Source: Malacoraja senta (lineage: Eukaryota). From it: 64,000 nt of DNA. The stretch spans positions 2,606,001 to 2,670,000 of the forward strand of contig CM075990.1 in assembly GCA_038087875.1 (NCBI GenBank), in the 5' to 3' direction. The notes beneath the pieces are model-generated. The model was given only the letters and a program-made list of their open reading frames with translations. It was not told where the DNA came from and searched no databases. The position numbers and the translations under genes are program-made. Below, one piece after another: positions 48,905 to 60,016 of this stretch (position 1 is its first letter; every line of letters starts with the position of its first letter).

Positions 48905-48932
48905 GACGTTTCAGGTCGGGACCCTTCTTCAG
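48905..48932 (-). ncRNA. Minimal hammerhead ribozyme motif in a Penelope LTR piece
   Basis: CUGAAGA-A-GGGU(CCCG)ACCU-GAAA-CGUC. Confidence 0.6.
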
Positions 48933-49487
48933 TGATTCTAGTGGGGCGCGGGTGGGGAAGAAAGCTGGAAGAGCGGAGGGGCAGGACAATGCGTGGCTGT
49001 AATGGTGAATGTGGACTTTGCGGGCCGGCATCTCGGCTCCTCGGCGACCAAGACGGACCGTTCCAGCACCGTTGGACTCCTCTCAGAAGCCCTGACCTCT
49101 GTTAGCCCGGCAAAATGGATAATCCAGCAACACTCTGGAACCAAGGGTGCCGGAATATCAGTGGTGGACCTGCATTGTTAACTGAGCCGAAAGTCAAGTT
49201 TGTGTTTCAAACTCTAGAGTAACGCACCAAAGCTTGGTTGGCACTCACTGTGGCACTGAGGAAAGCTATGCCCTGCAGGCCGCATGCATTGGCTGTGATA
49301 AAAAAACAATGCTCCACCTGTAAGAACAGATGGACAAAACAAATCTCACCATATTAGAGTCATCGAGTTATTAAGCACTGAAACAGACCCTTCAGCCTAA
49401 CTCGTCCGTGCTGACCAAGATGCCTCATCTAAGCTGGTCCCATTTGCCCACATTTGACCCTATCCCTCTAAACCTTTCCTATCCATT

Positions 49488-50782
49488 GTTTAGTTTAGCT
49501 TAGTTTAGTTTAGAGATACAGCGCGGAAACAGGCCCTTCGGCCCACCGAGTCCACGCCAACCAGCGATCACGCACCAACACTATCCTACACACGAGCAAC
49601 AATTTACAATTTACAACCCGGAGCACCCGGAGAAAACCCACGTGGTCACGGGGAGAAAGCACAAACTCCATACAGACAGCACCCGTAGTCAGGATCGAGC
49701 CCGGGTTTCTGGTGCTGTAAGGTAGCAACTCTACCGCTGCACCACTATGCCGCCCAAGAGATATCGTTCCTGAGTCCTGGCCGATATTTACCCTCAAATT
49801 GTACCTGCAAATTAGTGACCTATTCTTTGTAACGTCACTGTTTGTGGGATCTTGCTTTGCACAGATTGTCTGTTGTGCAGTTGTTTACATAATAGCAGTG
49901 ACCATACAGAAGTTACTTTCTGATTATGAAACATTCTAGTGTTATATAAGTGCAAGGCGTTTGGTTTCTTCGTTATTAAGACGTATATCTTCACATGTTA
50001 CGTGACTCAGGGGGGCACGATGGCACAGCGGTAGAGTTGCTGCCTCACTGTGCCAGATACCCGGGTTCGATCCCGACTACGGGTGCCGTCTGTACGGAGT
50101 TTGTACGTTCTCCCCGTGACCACTTGGGTTTTCTCAAGATGCTTCAGTTTCCTCCAACAGTCCAAACACGTGCAGGTTTGCAGGTTAATTGGCTTCTGTA
50201 AACTGTCTCTCATGTGTAGGGTAAAACTAGTGTGCAGGTAATCGCTGGTCGGCATGAACCCGGTGGGCCGAAGGGCCTGTTTCCATGCTGTATCTCTCAA
50301 CCATACTAAACTAAGCCAGACTCAATATTAAGACATCAATTTTACTTGTCATTTGTCAAACATAACCAAACAAGGGCTGCTTCCGAGGCTTCCAAACCTC
50401 AGGGTGAAGAGATACGAGTTGTATCAGTGGTTTAACTTCTTTCTCGTGATTAAGTTACTATTCAGTGAGTAAAAGGTGATCAATTTGAATGTCCACATTA
50501 GACTTTAGAGATATAGTGCAGAAACAGGCCTTCAGCCCATCAAGTCCGTGCCGACCAGCGACAGCCCCTACACTCGTTCTACCCCACACACTAGGGACAA
50601 TTTTCCATAACAGAAGCCAATTGACCTACAAACCTGCATGTCTTTGGAATGTGGGAGGAAACCGGAGAAAACCAACACGGTCATAGGGAGAACGTACAAA
50701 CTCTGTACAGACAGCACCCGTAGTCAGGATCGAACCTGAGTCTCTGTAAGGCAGCAACTCTACCGCTGCGCCACCATGCCAC
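49488..50782. mobile_element. Three HE1-like SINEs: 49488-49755 (-), 50011-50313 (+), 50497-50782 (-)
   Basis: Canonical sequences. Confidence 0.85.
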
Positions 50783-50994
50783 GCTTAGGGGGCTCTTGGG
50801 GCAAGGTGACTTTTAATGGCTGTGACTGAGTCTGAAGAAGGGTCTCAACCCAAAGTGTCACCCATTCCTTCTCTCCAGAGAGGCTGCCTGTCCCGCTGAG
50901 TTACTCCAGCATTTTGTGTCTATCTCCGGTGTTAACCAGCATCTGCAGTTCCTTCCTACCCTGAGAAACAAGAAGTTTGCAGGAGAGATAACTG

Positions 50995-51515
50995 ATGATC
51001 TCCCGGTTGCCAAACACTTTAACTCCCCTTCCCATTCCCACACAGTGACCGTACTGTCCTGGGCCTCCTCCACTGTCAGAGTGAGGACAAACGCAAATTG
51101 GAGGAACAGCACCTCATATTTCGCTTGGGCAGCTTACACCCCAATAGTAGGAACTGGGGTGTAACTAGTAGTATGAATATTGATTTCTCTCACTTCAAGT
51201 AACCCTTGCATCCCCTCTCTCTCCATCCCTCCCCCACCTAAGTCGTACTAGCTTGAACATCATCTTGTTGAGTCTCATTGTCTGTAACTCGTTTTCACCC
51301 AGCCCACAGCTAACAATGGCCAATTCCCTTTATTATTGTTACTTTTTTGCATATCTTTCATTCATTTATTCTATATCTCTCTATATCACCATCTATATCT
51401 CTCATTTCTCTTTCCCCTGACTCTCAGTCTGAACAAGGGTCTCGACCCGAAACGTCACCTATTCCTTTTCTCCAGAGATGCTGCCTGACCCGCTGAGTTA
51501 CTCCAGCTTTTTGCG
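50995..51515 (+). mobile_element. Penelope-like element 3' fragment
   Basis: DLPVAKHFNSPSHSH and downstream KLEEQHLIFRLGSLHP; UTR and LTR follow. Confidence 0.85.
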
Positions 51516-52154
51516 TCTCACAGATGATGAGTTGTCTTCAAGGAGTTCCTTGTTGGCAGCCTATTGTTCCACTCCCTTACGCCCTTCTCCAAACCGGGGT
51601 AATCCGCTTGAAATACTAATTCTCGGCGTAAGCTTACTGCAACGCTGTTTAATCAAGAATTTAGATAAACACATAGAGTTTTTTATGAATAGTTGTGTCA
51701 CAGTTTATCAGCTCATTCTAATGAGAAAATTAGAGACAAAGACTTGAACGGATCAGAGGTTGCAGAAAATTTTTACTCCTCAGCAGTCAGGTATTTGTAG
51801 TTTGAGTCCGTGAAATTAAATCTCCACATTTTGATCACCATTTCTTTTTCTTTCAGGTTTAAATGTAAATTGTTTAATCTCACAAAAACTTTTGTTGATG
51901 TAAAGTCAGTGAGGCTGACAACACCCACATTTATATTGTGCCTTTCATGTCAGAAAATATCCCAAGGGAGTTGGTTTGGTTTGGTTTGGTTTCATTTCGT
52001 TTCGTTTACCTGAGGCCATTTGTGTCCGAACCTTGTTTGGTCCTGGTCTTTTCTTGCCTCCAGCTCTTCACCTCCTACCCCACTCCCTACTTTCAGTCTC
52101 GAGAAGGGTCCCTTCCTAAAACATCACCCTTCCTTTTTCTCCTACACAGTAAAC

Positions 52155-52634
52155 TTGAATGAATAAGTTTATTGGCCAAGTATGTACACATACAAGGAAT
52201 TTGCCTTGGTGCTCCGCTCGCAAGTAACAACACGACATACAGTAAACAATTAAGAATAAAACATAAAACATTAAACATTAAGAATAAAACATTATAGTTT
52301 AAACATGTGAATGAAATAAAATACCAGGGCAAAAGGAGGCTACAGACTTTTGGTTATTCAGTAGAGCTACTGCTCGTGGAAAAAAGCTGTTTTTATGTCT
52401 GGCTGTGGCGGGTTTGACAGTCTGGAGTCGCCTTCCGGTGGGAAGTGATTCAAAGAGTTTGTGGCCACGGTGAGAGGGGTCAGAGATGATCTTACGCGCT
52501 CGCTTCCTGGCCCTTGCAGTGTATAGTTCGTCAATAGTGGGAAGGTTGCAGCCAACAACCTTCTCAGCTGATCGAACGATTCGCTGCAGCCCTCCGGATG
52601 TCGTGCTTGGAGGCTGAGCCAAACCAGACCATAA
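52155..52634 (-). mobile_element. Rex1/Babar LINE 3' end, (TTCA)n-tail subfamily
   Basis: LQRIVRSAEKVVGCNLP..SDPSHRGHKLFESLPTGRR..RHKNSFFPRAV. Confidence 0.9.
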
Positions 52635-54069
52635 TGGTTTGGCTCAGCCTCCCAGTAGATACAGCCTCCCAGTAGATACAAACATCCAGTAGATACAAAG
52701 AACTGCTGATGCTGGTTTACAAAGAAGAAGGGTCCCGACCCACAGCGTCACCTATCCATGTTCTCCAGGGATGCTGCCTGACCCGCTGAGTTACTCCATC
52801 ACTTTGTATCTATCTTTGGTATAAACCAACATCTGCAGTTACTTGTTTCTAAAGCTTAATGTAGTGTCCAGTGTTGATCACAGTGAACAAGTCTTAATGT
52901 TGGAGATCGATGGTGTTACGTTGAGGCATCAGAACCTTTCTGTTGGCCATGGAGTTGTAATCTAACAGTGGCCACTATTGTTAGTGGGGGAAGATTGAAG
53001 ATTATTATCAGATTGTTCAGTGGAGTGAAGAAGGTTCATCCAGGCCAGAAAATAAAGAGATGTCAATAGAGGTACTGTTCTTTTAAAATGGTTTCATTTG
53101 CAAACTGAAGGTGAACCGTTTTACTGGAGTAACTCAGCGGGTCAGGCAGCATCCCTGGAGAGCATGGATAGGTGACGTGGCGGGTCGGGACCCTTCTTCT
53201 TTGTAAACCAGCATCTGCAGTTCCTTATATCTACTGGGAGAGATTTACTGTGGAGGAAAGAACTGCAGGTGCTGGTTTTGGACACAAAAGCTGGAGTAAC
53301 TCAGCGGGTCAGACAGCATCTCTGAAGAAAAGGAAGATCTGACATATTGGTAAATTGCAGTATGTATGTATTGATCCAGGAGGACAGTTTTGTTTAGATT
53401 AGCTTGGTTCAGTTTAGTTTAGTTTTGTTTAATTTCATTTAATTTTGTTTCATTTCATTTAGTTTGGAGATTTACTTTAGTTTAATTTAGTTTAGTTTAG
53501 TTCAGTTTAGTTTCATTTTGTTTAGAGATTTAAACTTTGCTTTAGACTTTGGAGATGGAAACATCCCTTCGGCCCACTGAGACCGTGCCGACCAGTGATC
53601 ACCCTGTATGCTTGTACTATTCTACACGCTAGGAACAATTTACAATTTACAGAAGCCAATTAACCTACAAACCTGCAAATCCTCCATTAACAATGAGTGT
53701 GGAAAGAAACTGGAGCACCCGGAGAAAACCACCACTGTCACAGGGAGAAGGTACAAACTCCGTATAGACAGGCCCCATAGTCAGTATCGAACCCGGGTCT
53801 CTGGCACTGTCAGTCAGCAATTATAACTACTCCACTCTGCTACCCTAATACAGCATGGAAATGGGCCCTTCAGCCCATCCAGTCCACACTGACCATTTAT
53901 CACCCATTCACTAAGGGTATTTTTATGGAGGCCCAATCAACCTACAAAGTCGCACATCTTTGGGATGTGGGAGGTTCCGCGACCTTATGTCTACCATGCA
54001 TTAAGTTCATCTGCACTCAAATTGTTGGTTTGTCTCACATTCTGGAACACTGTGCATAGTGTTAATATG

Positions 54070-54568
54070 GAGGTCATAAGGTCATAAGTGATAGGAGTAG
54101 AATTAGGCCATTCGGCTCATCAGGTCTACTCCACCATTCAATCTTGGCTGATCTATCTCGCCCTCCTAACCCCATTCTCCTGCCTTCTCCCCATAACCTC
54201 TGACACCCGTATTAATCAAGAATCTATCTATCCCTGCCTTAAATACATCCACTGCCTTGGCCTCCACAGCCTCCAGTGGCAAAGAATTCCACTCTGACTA
54301 AAGAAATTTCTCCTCATCTCCTTCCAAACAAAGCATCCTTTAATTCTGAGGCTGTGACCTTGTTCCAGATTCACCCACTAGTGGAAACATCCTCTCCACA
54401 TCCACTCTATCCAAGCCTTTCACTCATTCTTCTAAACACCAGCGAGTACAGGCCCAGTGCTGACAAACGCTCATCATAGGTTAACCTACTCATTCCTGGG
54501 ATCATTCTTGTAAACCTCCTCTGGACCCTCTCCAGCCAGCGCATCCTTCCTCAGATATGGGGCCCAAT
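54070..54568 (-). mobile_element. Degraded CR1 3' end
   Basis: Similarity to 59105-59495; (CTTATGAC)n tail. Confidence 0.85.
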
Positions 54569-54959
54569 GGAGGTCTTACTAAGTATTGACAGGTTATTTA
54601 ACCTAAGTGGGATGAGGTGTGTACAAAAGTGAGAGGAGGGATATAGGGCAAATGAAAGGGGAAGGGGTTGGTGTCTTCAGTATATTCTCACCAAATAAAC
54701 CAATCCATTGAGTTTACAAGACCGACCTGAGATCCTGACGTTATTAGTAGCATGGTGAGAATCAATTCAGACCCAAAACCTTCTTGATCTCCTCAGTCAA
54801 TTCAATAGTGAGGCTGGAGAAAGACCAAGAGCTTACATTGGCCACCTGTTGGGATGTCTATGGAGGAAATATTTCACACAAATGATTTCAAGACATTAAT
54901 GTAAGATAGCTGCCTTAAATCCATAAAATAATTTAAAAGAGATTACGCAGACTAGTTTG

Positions 54960-55440
54960 AATGTTGTCAAGCTGGAAAGGGTACAGAGAAGATTTGCCAG
55001 GACTCGAGGGTCTGAGCTATAGTGAGAGGTTGAGTAGGCTAGGACTCTATTCCTTGGAGCGCAGGAGGTTGAGGGGTGATCTTATAAAGGTGTACAAAAT
55101 CATGAGAGGAATAGATCGGGTAGACGCACAGAGTCTCTTGCCAAGAGTAGGGGACTCAAGAACCAGAGGAAATAAGTTTAAGGTGAAGCTGGAAAGACTT
55201 AATAGAAACCCGAGAGGTAACCTTTCCACACAAAGGGTGGTGGGTGTACGGAACGAGCTGCCAGATGAAGTAGTTGAGGCAGGGACTATCGCAACGTTTC
55301 AGGAACGTTTCGAGAGGTACATGGACAGGACAGGTTTAGAGGGCAATGGGCCAAATGCAGGCAGGTGGAACTAGTGTAGTTGGGACATGTTTGCTGTTGG
55401 GCTGAAGGGCCTGTTTCCACACTGTAAGACTCTGAGACTC
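54960..55440 (+). mobile_element. CR1 LINE 3' end
   Basis: LPGLEGLSYSERLSRLGLYSLERRRLRGDLIKVYKIM. Confidence 0.9.
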
Positions 55441-56357
55441 TAAGTAGGAAGGACATCTGTCCATTTCCTCTAAAGATGCTGCCTGACCCTCTGGTTTTCT
55501 CCAGGACTTTGTGTTTTTGCTTGAGATTCCAACATCGTCTCCAATTCAGCGTCAAAATAGGAATCGCCTTTCGGCAGCATCATGGACATGAGTCACCTTT
55601 AAGTTCTTCCCCATCACGGGAACCACACGGAAGGCGCCCTTTAACCATTGGTGTTTTAACCCAAAATGGCCACTCATTGAAACAAGAGGTTCCGCTGACA
55701 CGCTGGAAAAATAAAACATGTTATTTGTTCACTTCCCTCAAAAGAAATATTTTACATTTTTGGAAAGACGAGGGTTTCATTCCATTAACCTCCAAGTAGC
55801 TTAAGGATCTGTTTGCAAAAAAAAAAAAAAAATGACAAGAAGTCAAGTTGACGGGTGTGGAGTGAGACAGTTAAACGCCCTGGCTGCTTGGGATAATTAA
55901 TAAATAAAGTACCAGGGGAACCCTGCCATGGCATTGTGTATGACAGGGCTGTCTCTGGTGCACTAAAGCAGTAAATGACCAATTTCTGTCAGACTAACTT
56001 CCAGCGTTACAGAGCTTCCCTTTCCTTGCACTGAGTTTTTCACCAACTGATGGCTCCAGTTCATTTCTGCAGAATTAATTGGTCCCTGAATGAATTCTGT
56101 TGACAAGGCAATTCATCATGTGTTTGGCCTGGCAGTGCAGCGGAGGGGAGGGGGGGGGGGAGGGGCTGAGAGGCAGCTTGCTCCTTCACTGAAGATGGGA
56201 GGCAGAACACATTTGCCCACTGCTCCTCCATTCAGCCACTCGGATCGATAGCTGGCTGGGTTTAAACAGCTTCCCACTACTGCGGACTCTGTGGGCTCTG
56301 CGCTCATACCCGGCGTTGATCTTCGGTTGCGGAGGGACTGTAGGTTTCCACTGCTGT

Positions 56358-57193
56358 GTTTAGACTTTAGACTGTGGAGATACAGTGCGGAAACAGGCCC
56401 TTCGGCCCACCGAGTCCGCGCCCATCAGCGATCACCCCGTACACCAACACTATCCCACACACATGGGACAATTTAGAATTTTATCAAAGCCAATTAACCA
56501 ACAAACCTGTATGTCTTTGGAGTGTGGGAGGAAACCGGAGCACCCGGAGAAAACCCACATGGTCTCAGGGTGGACGTACTTTGGTCGGTCATGGAGGCGC
56601 ACAGCGGTAGAGTTGCTGCCTCACAGCGAATGCAGCGCTGGAGACCCTAGTTCGATCCCAACTACGGATGCTGTCTGTATGACGTTTGTACGTTCTCCCC
56701 GTGACCGCGTGGGTTTTCTCTGAGATCTTCGGTTTCCTCCCACACTCCAAAGACGTACAGGTTTGTAGCTTAATTGGCTTGGTAAAAGTAAAAATTGTCC
56801 CTAGTGGGTGTAGGATAGTGTTAATATGCGGGGATCGCTGGTCGGCGCGGACCCGGTGGGCCGAAGGGCCTGTTTCAGTGCTGAATCTCAAAAAAAAACT
56901 CAGTATAGACAGCGCCCATGGTCAGGATTGAACCCGTGTCTCTGGCGCTGTGAGGCAGCTACTCTACCGCTGTGCCACCGTGCCGCGATAGTGCACATGG
57001 AGAGCAAACAAGAATATCGATGTTTTATTAAGCCGCCTTTACTCACAATTGCCAGATTTAGATTCAGTGAGACAGGAAAAAGCCAATCAATATCGCTCCT
57101 AGTGACCTCAACTAGTCATCCGTAGTCAGGATCGCACACGAGTCTCTGGCGCTGTAAGGCAGCAGCTCTACCGCTGCGCCACCATGCCGCCCC
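56358..57193. mobile_element. Nested HE1-like SINEs (plus-strand copy 56592-56890 inside minus-strand copy)
   Basis: Canonical SINE segments in alternating orientation. Confidence 0.85.
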
Positions 57194-57290
57194 AGTCAAT
57201 TCTACATGGAAAGATATTTATTTCTACAGAGATCTCTGCACGACCTAGAATTTTCACCCAGATAGTTGTGAATGTGTGGAAACTTCACCC

Positions 57291-58153
57291 AGTGCGACGG
57301 CGCGGATTACTGCCGCGGCCCCTACAGCCTGTCTGTCTTTTTTTAATTTTTGTCTAGTTAAATGTAGTTGTTTGTGTTTTTTTAATACTGATTTTAACTG
57401 TGTATATGTGGGGGCGGGGGGGGGAGGGGGAAACTTTAAAAAATCTCTTCCCTGCACGGGAGACCCGACCTTTTCCCTGTCGGGTCTCCGTTGTCGTTGG
57501 GGCCTAGCTCCGTGGAGCGGCCTCCGACCGGGACGACCTGGGGGCTCCAGTCGCGGAGCCTGTGGAGCTGCGGACTTACCATCGTGGGGCTGGCCGGCCT
57601 CGGAGCGTGGGGAGCGGTGGTGGCTCGCTGCTGCGGCCCGACTCCGGAGCTCCAGCTGCAGACCTGTGGACTATGATATCGGGAGCTCGCGGGTCCGGGT
57701 GAGAGACTGCTTTCCGGAGCTCCCGCAACGCAACTTCTCCCGCCCGTGTCGCGGGGTTGGAACGACCCGAAGCGGGGCCGTAAATCGCCCGGCGCGGCTT
57801 TAATGGCCGCAGGACATTCCAGCGCCTGCCGGGGGCTCCAACTTTGTGACTTTTGGGCCGGAGCGAGGCCGTACACCGGCAGGCGCGGCCTTGAATGGCC
57901 GTGGGACTTAACATTGCCCGCCTGGGGCTTCAACATCGGGAGAAAAATGGTGCAGGGGAGAGAAAAGACTTTGCCTTCCATCACAGTGAGGAGGAGATTC
58001 ACTGTGATGGATGTTTTTCTGTAAATTGAATTGTTTGTGTGTCTTGTAGGAATTGTTTTGTTTGTATGGCTGTGGAAACGGAGTTTCGTTTGAGCCTCTT
58101 TGAGGTACAAATGACAAGAAATAAAATCTAATCTAATCTAATCTAATCTAATC
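57291..58153 (+). mobile_element. GC-rich structured retroposon, copy D (full length), (ATCTA)n tail
   Basis: Head CCTACAGCCTGTCTGT, T tract, GGGGGAAAC, perfect 11-bp hairpin 57459-57489, perfect 13-bp core hairpin 57977-58011. Confidence 0.8.
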
Positions 58154-58539
58154 AGAGAGTGGTGAATCTGTGGAATTCTCTGCCACAGAAGGCAGTGGAG
58201 GCCAATTCACTGAATGTATTCAAGAAGGATTTGGATGTGGCTCTTAGGGCTAACGGAATCAAGGGATAAGGGGGGAAAGCAGGAATGGGGTACTGATTTT
58301 GGATGATCAGCCATGATCATATTGAATGGCGGTGTTGGCTTGAAGGGCTGAATGGCCTACTCCTGCACCTATTTTCTATGTCTCTATTTTTGTAACACAC
58401 TGAAGGTTTTATGATTCATGGGTGGAAAGTAATGTAATTTATTGCCTCCAGACACTGGGCCCGGATAAGACATCGGGTTGTGACTTGAAACCTTGAATGC
58501 TTTTTTCATCACCTGCAATGCACTGGGAGAATTTGTAAT

Positions 58540-59032
58540 TCCCCTCCCTGATGGACATTTACACCTCCCGCTGCCTCAGCAGGGCAAAGAACATCATCAA
58601 GGACAGCTCCCATCCTGCATTTGACCTGTTCGACCTGCTGCCCTCAGGGAGGCGCTATAGGTGCATCAGAACAAGGACAAATAGACTCAAGAACAGTTGC
58701 TTCCCAAAAGCCATAACCTCTCTGAACTCACACATGCACTGACTTCACAGCTTAACCCCCGGACTTCCATCTATCCACCTACTGTAATTTGTACTGTAAC
58801 TGTAATTTTTAATATGTGCAATAACCCATACTGTACATAGGAATCCTATTTATTCACTCTATTCACCCATTGTCTTTTTATAGATATGTATATAGCGCCG
58901 CAGAACTGTGCACCTTATCCTCCCCCTAAAAAAATTAGTTTTTTTTAATCTAATTACATGTCTGCACTGAGTACGAGCTGCTTTTAATCTCATTGTACAT
59001 GTGTATAGTGACAATAAAATGGCATTCTATTC
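58540..59032 (+). mobile_element. Rex1/Babar LINE 3' end
   Basis: DIYTSRCLSRAKNIIKDSSHP..LLPSGRRYR..TNRLKNSCFPKAI. Confidence 0.9.
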
Positions 59033-59104
59033 TAATTGATGGCAGCTTTTTACAACAGGTAGGATGGTGTAGTGGTACAAATGTGCTTACGATAGTTTGA
59101 GGCA

Positions 59105-59495
59105 GACTGATTGATACGTACAGAATAGTGAAAGGCTTGGATAGAGTGGATATGGAGAGGATGTTTCCACTAGTGGGAGAGTCTAGAACTAGAGGTCATA
59201 GCCTCATAATTAAAGGATGTTCTTTTCGGAAGGAGATGAGGAGAAATTTCTTTAGTCAGAGGGTGGTGAATCTGTGGAATTCTTTGCCACTGAAGGCTGT
59301 GGAGGCCAAGACAGCGGATATTTTTAAGGAAGAGATAGATAGATTTTTGATTAGTACATGTCAGGGGTTATGGGGAGAAGGCAGAATATTGGGGTTAGGA
59401 GAGATAGATTAGCCATGATTGTATGGCGGAGTAGACTTAATGGGCCGAATGGCCTAATTCTACTCCTATTCCTTATGACCTTATGACTTTATGAT
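59105..59495 (+). mobile_element. CR1 LINE 3' end
   Basis: KGLDRVDMERMFPLVGESRTRGHSL..FFSQRVVNLWNSLP. Confidence 0.9.
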
Positions 59496-59623
59496 ATGGA
59501 GGGACGTGGAAGGAGACAAAGCTCAGAATTCATCTGCATCGGGAGGCCTTGCATAATCCAGAAGCCCACTTAGTGCTGGAGTAACTGCACAGATCAGGCA
59601 AATGACAAGAAATAAAATCTAAT

Positions 59624-60016
59624 CTTATAGAAACGTACAAAATTCTTGTGGGGTTGGACAGGCTAGATGCAGGAAGATTGTTCCCGATGTTGGGGAAGTC
59701 CAGGACAAGGGTCACAGCTTAAGGATAAGGGGGAAATCCTTTAAGACCGAGATGAGGAAAAACGTTTTCACACAGAGAGTGGTGAATCTCTGGAACTCTC
59801 TGCCACAGAGGGTAGTTGACGCCAGTTCATTGGCTATATTTAAGAGGGAGTTAGATGTGGCCCTTGTGGCTAAAGGGATCAGGGGGTATGGAGAGAAGGC
59901 AGGTACGGGATACTGAGTTGGATGATCAGCCATGATCATATTGAATGGCGGTGCAGGCTCGAAGGGCCGAATGGCCTACTCCTGCACCTATTTTCTATGT
60001 ATCTATGTATCTATGT
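59624..60016 (+). mobile_element. Young CR1 3' end
   Basis: Near-identical to the reverse complement of 3576-3960. Confidence 0.95.
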
